Positions 60,010-64,000 of a stretch of 64,000 nt of DNA are shown here, one piece after another. The stretch is from Hypanus sabinus (lineage: Eukaryota), in NCBI RefSeq assembly GCF_030144855.1, contig NC_082715.1:135098001-135162000 (forward strand), written 5' to 3'. The notes beneath the pieces were generated by a model that ran no database searches, was not told the origin of the DNA, and saw only the letters and a list, made by a program, of their open reading frames with translations. The first letter of the stretch is position 1, and each line of letters starts with the position of its first letter. A program made the position numbers and the translations under genes.

Positions 60010-61396
60010 CCTCCAGGAAATTTGTGGTATTTCACAGCTGCTCAGGGAGATGTTCTGATCACTGTGACCCTGCGGTGACTGATGGTTGTGAACTCAGCAA
60101 TGGCAATGTCAGTGAACGTGAAGGGTGGGTGATTAGACTTTCTCACTGGAAATCGTTAATGTGTGAAACATTTATGGTGTGAATGCCATAGGTCACTTGA
60201 TACCCAAAACCGAGATGTTTGTTATCATTATAAACCTAGACAGAATAGAAGTGTTATGATCCCAGCCCCCTCCTTTGTGAGAATCGCAAGAGCACCCGTT
60301 GGGGGGGGGGGGTCAGTAGACCCAGGAAGTGAGAGAGAGAGAAACGTGAAAAATTGCACGTCCCACCAAGGATACAGAATAAGATGCCAGCAACTATTGT
60401 CTCATGGAGACCACGTGAAAAGCCCTCGGGCAAGGTGGGCTGGTTGAGAGAGAGATTGCTTCATCCCAACCTGATTGACACCTGCGACCCCGTGAGGAAG
60501 TATAAAGGAGAGTCTCAGGGGGACAGCCCCTCAGACGCACCCAGAAGACACGAGAGAGTGATCCCGCAGCAGCGGGAAGCCATTCTGAAGGAAGCCACGT
60601 GCATTAGATTCCGGGATTGGAATTTGTGGCTGGAATCACAGAAAACCGCTTTTAACTAACATCGGGGAGAGGAAACCAACGCTCCCCCGATTTCACTGAA
60701 GACTCATCAAGACTCGGCAAGTTCTTTCTCTTCTCCCCCAATCTCTCTCTCTCGGTCGCCCCACACAAAACCCAGCGATTTTCAAAGGGCTGAGGCCTGC
60801 AGACTTTCAGAGTGACTTTTATATTTCCAACGGACAATCTATTAACCCCTAGACACCAGCAGAGCTCACTTCTTAATGATGATTATTACTATACCCGCGC
60901 TTTAGATTGAATGTTGACAATGTGCACTATCTGAATGTATGTATTAACCCTACTTTTGTGTCCCTTTATGAATAAAATGTTTGAAAATAGTGACATCAGA
61001 CTTCAACGGACCTCTCTATCTTTGCTGGTAAGTTCTCCAGTTAAGGGATTCATAACAGAAGAAACAACAGTCTCACCTTGCAGAATCCAGAACCAGATGA
61101 CATTCAACAAAAGTGATCTGTTAAAAAATCAAAAGTGACACAAGGAACTTGTTTATTCTGTGCAGCTCCGAGTGACAGTTTAATTCACCAGAAGTTGAAC
61201 CCAGTTCTTTCCTGTCGGCCTCAGTCTCACTGTTCCTATTATCTACCAAGACATTGACATCAGCTGGTACAGAATATCAGATCTGATCTCAATGTTCCAC
61301 TTCAATTGGTGGAAAATCAAGAACAAGATCTCAGCTCTGTCTGGGAGTTCAATCGTATCCATTCCTGGAGCTTTTTCCCCAATGAATTTATACATA
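60010..61396 (-). repeat. inverted segmental duplicate of ~54080-54670 (with solo LTR inserted)
   Basis: 60015-60251 and 61058-61396 are reverse complements of 54080-54665. Confidence 0.9.
60252..61057 (+). mobile_element. solo LTR (806 bp)
   Basis: Perfect terminal IR TGTTATGA/TCATAACA; 4-bp TSD GAAG; TATAAA at ~60501 and AATAAA at 60971; empty site in the paralog at ~54423. Confidence 0.93.
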
Positions 61397-64000
61397 CTTT
61401 TTCTCAATATTTGTATTAATTTTCACATAGAATACAGAGTACATGAGAATATATATTATGAGCCAATAAAAAAAGATAGAATAGTACTGAATACATTATA
61501 TTTAAATCAAACTTGCAACCACAGTACCCTATATTCATAATCAAACACATGTATTAATTAAATTGTAATTTGAATTGTAATAAAAATTTTATTATAAAAA
61601 GAATCTAAACCCACTATGAAAATCAAAGCTGTTTGGTAAAGAAGGAAAGACAGAAAAAATCCATATCACATAGTGATTTATGTTATTAGCTAACATCTGT
61701 ACTTTAACACCAAATCAAAGGTTTTGAAAGTAGTTCAAGAATGCTGCCCACAATGTTTGATAGTCTTGGTTAAAATCAGAAATTGAACAACGGGTCTTCT
61801 CTAAATTTAAGCATTGAGCGTTTGTAAATGGAGGAACATCCTTCCATTTAAGCAACACAGCCCTCCTAGCTATAAGAGAAAGAAAAGCCAGTACATGCAA
61901 ACCAGATGTCTCCGAAGTTATGCCTTTTTCTCCAACAATACCAAATAAAGGATTAGGCTTTAAGAAGTACAGAAAAAGTTTGAAATACTTGCTTCCAGTA
62001 TTTTCAAGACTCGGACCTGTCCAAATCATATGGATTTGTGAAGCCTCTCCATTGTTACATCTATCGCAATAGGGAGATATATCCGGATAAAAGTGAGATT
62101 GCTTGTCTTTGGACACGTGGGCCCTGTGGAACCAATTGTAGGAGGGAGTGGTGAGCACACAGTGATGAAGTGTTAACCAATTTAAACATTTCATTCCAAG
62201 TCTTCTCAGAAATTGATATTTGTAATCTTGACCCCATGCATTTTAGTTCTGTCTAAAGGAGCCTCTCTTATTCCCAACAACATGCTATAAATATTAGATA
62301 TTGAACCATTCTGAAAATGTATCAAATTAGAAATTACATCTATCAGTTCTTATCAGCAATAGCAAAGGCATCTAAAGCCAGATCAAAGAGCAAAGGGCTC
62401 AAAGGACATCTTCGTCTGGTTCCACATTGAAGTTTAGAAGGTTTTGAATTCTGAAAATTAGTAAGAACCCGAGCAGAGGGAGATAAATAAAGTAATTTAA
62501 TCCTCTGAATAAAATTAGGCCCAAAGTTAAAATTTTCTGATGTTTTAAATAAATAATTACATTCAACCCAATCGAAAGCCTTCTCAGCATCTAGAGATAT
62601 CATGCATTCTGATATCTCCCTAGAAGGCGAATACATAACATTCAGTAAATGATGTATATTAGAATGGGAATAGCGATTTTTAATAAATCCACTCTGATCA
62701 TCAGATATGATAGATGGTAAATATTCTCAAGCCCATGAGCCAAAGCTTTGGTTAGAATTTTAGAATCAACATTCAGGTAAGAAATTGGTCTATGTGAAGA
62801 GCATTCCGTAGGGTTCCTAATTTTATTAAGAATAAGTGAAATGGAAGCTTCATAAAAAGATTGTGTCAGTCTACCTAACTTAAAGGAATCCAAAAAACAG
62901 AACATAAATGTGGTATAAGCAATGAGGAAAAAGCTTTGTAAAATTCTCCAGAAAATCCATCAGGACCCGGAGTCTTCCCGGAGTGCAATGAACATACAGC
63001 CTCTGCATTTTCCTCATAAGAAATAGGTTGATCCAACTGCTTTCGATTATCAACAGAAAGTACAGGGATGTTTAATTGGTCTAAAAATATTCATTACAGC
63101 ATTATCTTTAGGAGAGTCAGAACTATAAAGTTTAGAATAAAATTCTCTAAAGGTATCATTTATTTCTAAATGGTCAGTTGTCCTATTACCATTAGCTTTA
63201 AAAATTTCTTTATTTTGCCATTTAGCAATAAACGTTTTTAAATGGTTAGCCAATAATTTACCTGTTTTATCTCCATGAATATAGAATTGAATTTTATATT
63301 TTAGGAGTTGACTTTCAATTGGATATGTTAAAAGAAGATCATATTTAGTTTTAATTTCAACATGTCTTTTATATAAAGCAGAAAATGGAGCCAAAGCATA
63401 TTTTTGGTCAGATTGTTTCAACAGATTAGTTAAATCAATTCTCTCTTTATTAGCTTTTTTCGTAACACTTGCAGTAGAAGAAATAATTTGTCCTCTAATA
63501 TAGGCCTTAAATCATCTCAAAATAAGACGAGAAGTCACTTCCAGCATATTCTCTTTTAAAAAAGAATAATTTGTTTCTCCAGAAACTTTAAAAGATCCTT
63601 ACCAGATAGCAAAGTTAGAGTAAAATGCCAAAATTATTTATTTGAGGGAGACCAGGAAGGTTTAAAGATAAAAGCACAGGAGCATGGTCTGAAACAGCAA
63701 TCTCTTCATATTCACAGGATTGAACTAATGGAATCATTTGACTATCAATAAAAAATCAATCCTGGAATATGAATGGTGAACATGAGAAAAGAAAACGAGT
63801 ACTCCCTATCTTCTGGATGTGAAAAATGCCAAAATTCAACAGTACCGCATTTAACTAGGAAAGATTGAATAAATAAAGCTGATTTGTTAAGGGTAGCTGG
63901 TTTGGAAGATGACTGATGTAAAACTGGATCTAATCAGCAAAGTCTCTTCCGAAAACTAATGAATAAAGACTCAAATCTGGCAAGAGTGAAAAAGCACTAA
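61397..64000 (-). mobile_element. L1-clade ORF2 to 3' end; 62863-64000 is an inverted near-identical copy of 49505-50638
   Basis: ISLDAEKAFD, CPLSPLLF, C-terminal CDRC..HMIW; shares the frameshift NIFRPIKHPCTFC with 49982-50452. Confidence 0.9.

Overview
Vertebrate genomic DNA. The TE repertoire (Penelope with hammerhead, esterase-ORF1 CR1, Nimb, Rex1, L1, Gmr1-like gypsy) and the zinc-finger style suggest a cartilaginous fish (inference). The window is a duplicating cluster of tandem C2H2 zinc-finger genes with no visible effector domain, embedded in nested retroelements. It holds two intact ZNF ORFs (12 fingers at 18332-19348; 16 fingers plus 3 after a stop at 30812-32437) and one decayed minus-strand ZNF (~55470-56680). 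There are three live-looking copies of an NRF1/YY1 CpG promoter plus non-coding exon 1, and two fossil CpG-decayed relatives. Each intact ZNF gene is followed ~300 bp after its polyA signal by the LTR of an old endogenous retrovirus that was co-duplicated with it. That provirus (32936-48083) has a tRNA-Asn-like PBS, a spuma/loki-type integrase and a class-I-fusion (F-like) env, and lacks PR-RT. It is interrupted by an L1 and by a full-length Gmr1-like gypsy element (IN before RT, SCAN-type gag, 4-bp TSD). Direct and inverted segmental duplications supply empty-site paralogs, so most insertions can be ordered. The best candidate system is a KRAB-less ZNF array whose DNA-contact residues diversify while it co-amplifies with a loki-like ERV. 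Boundaries without TSD or terminal-motif support are approximate, and identities were judged by eye.
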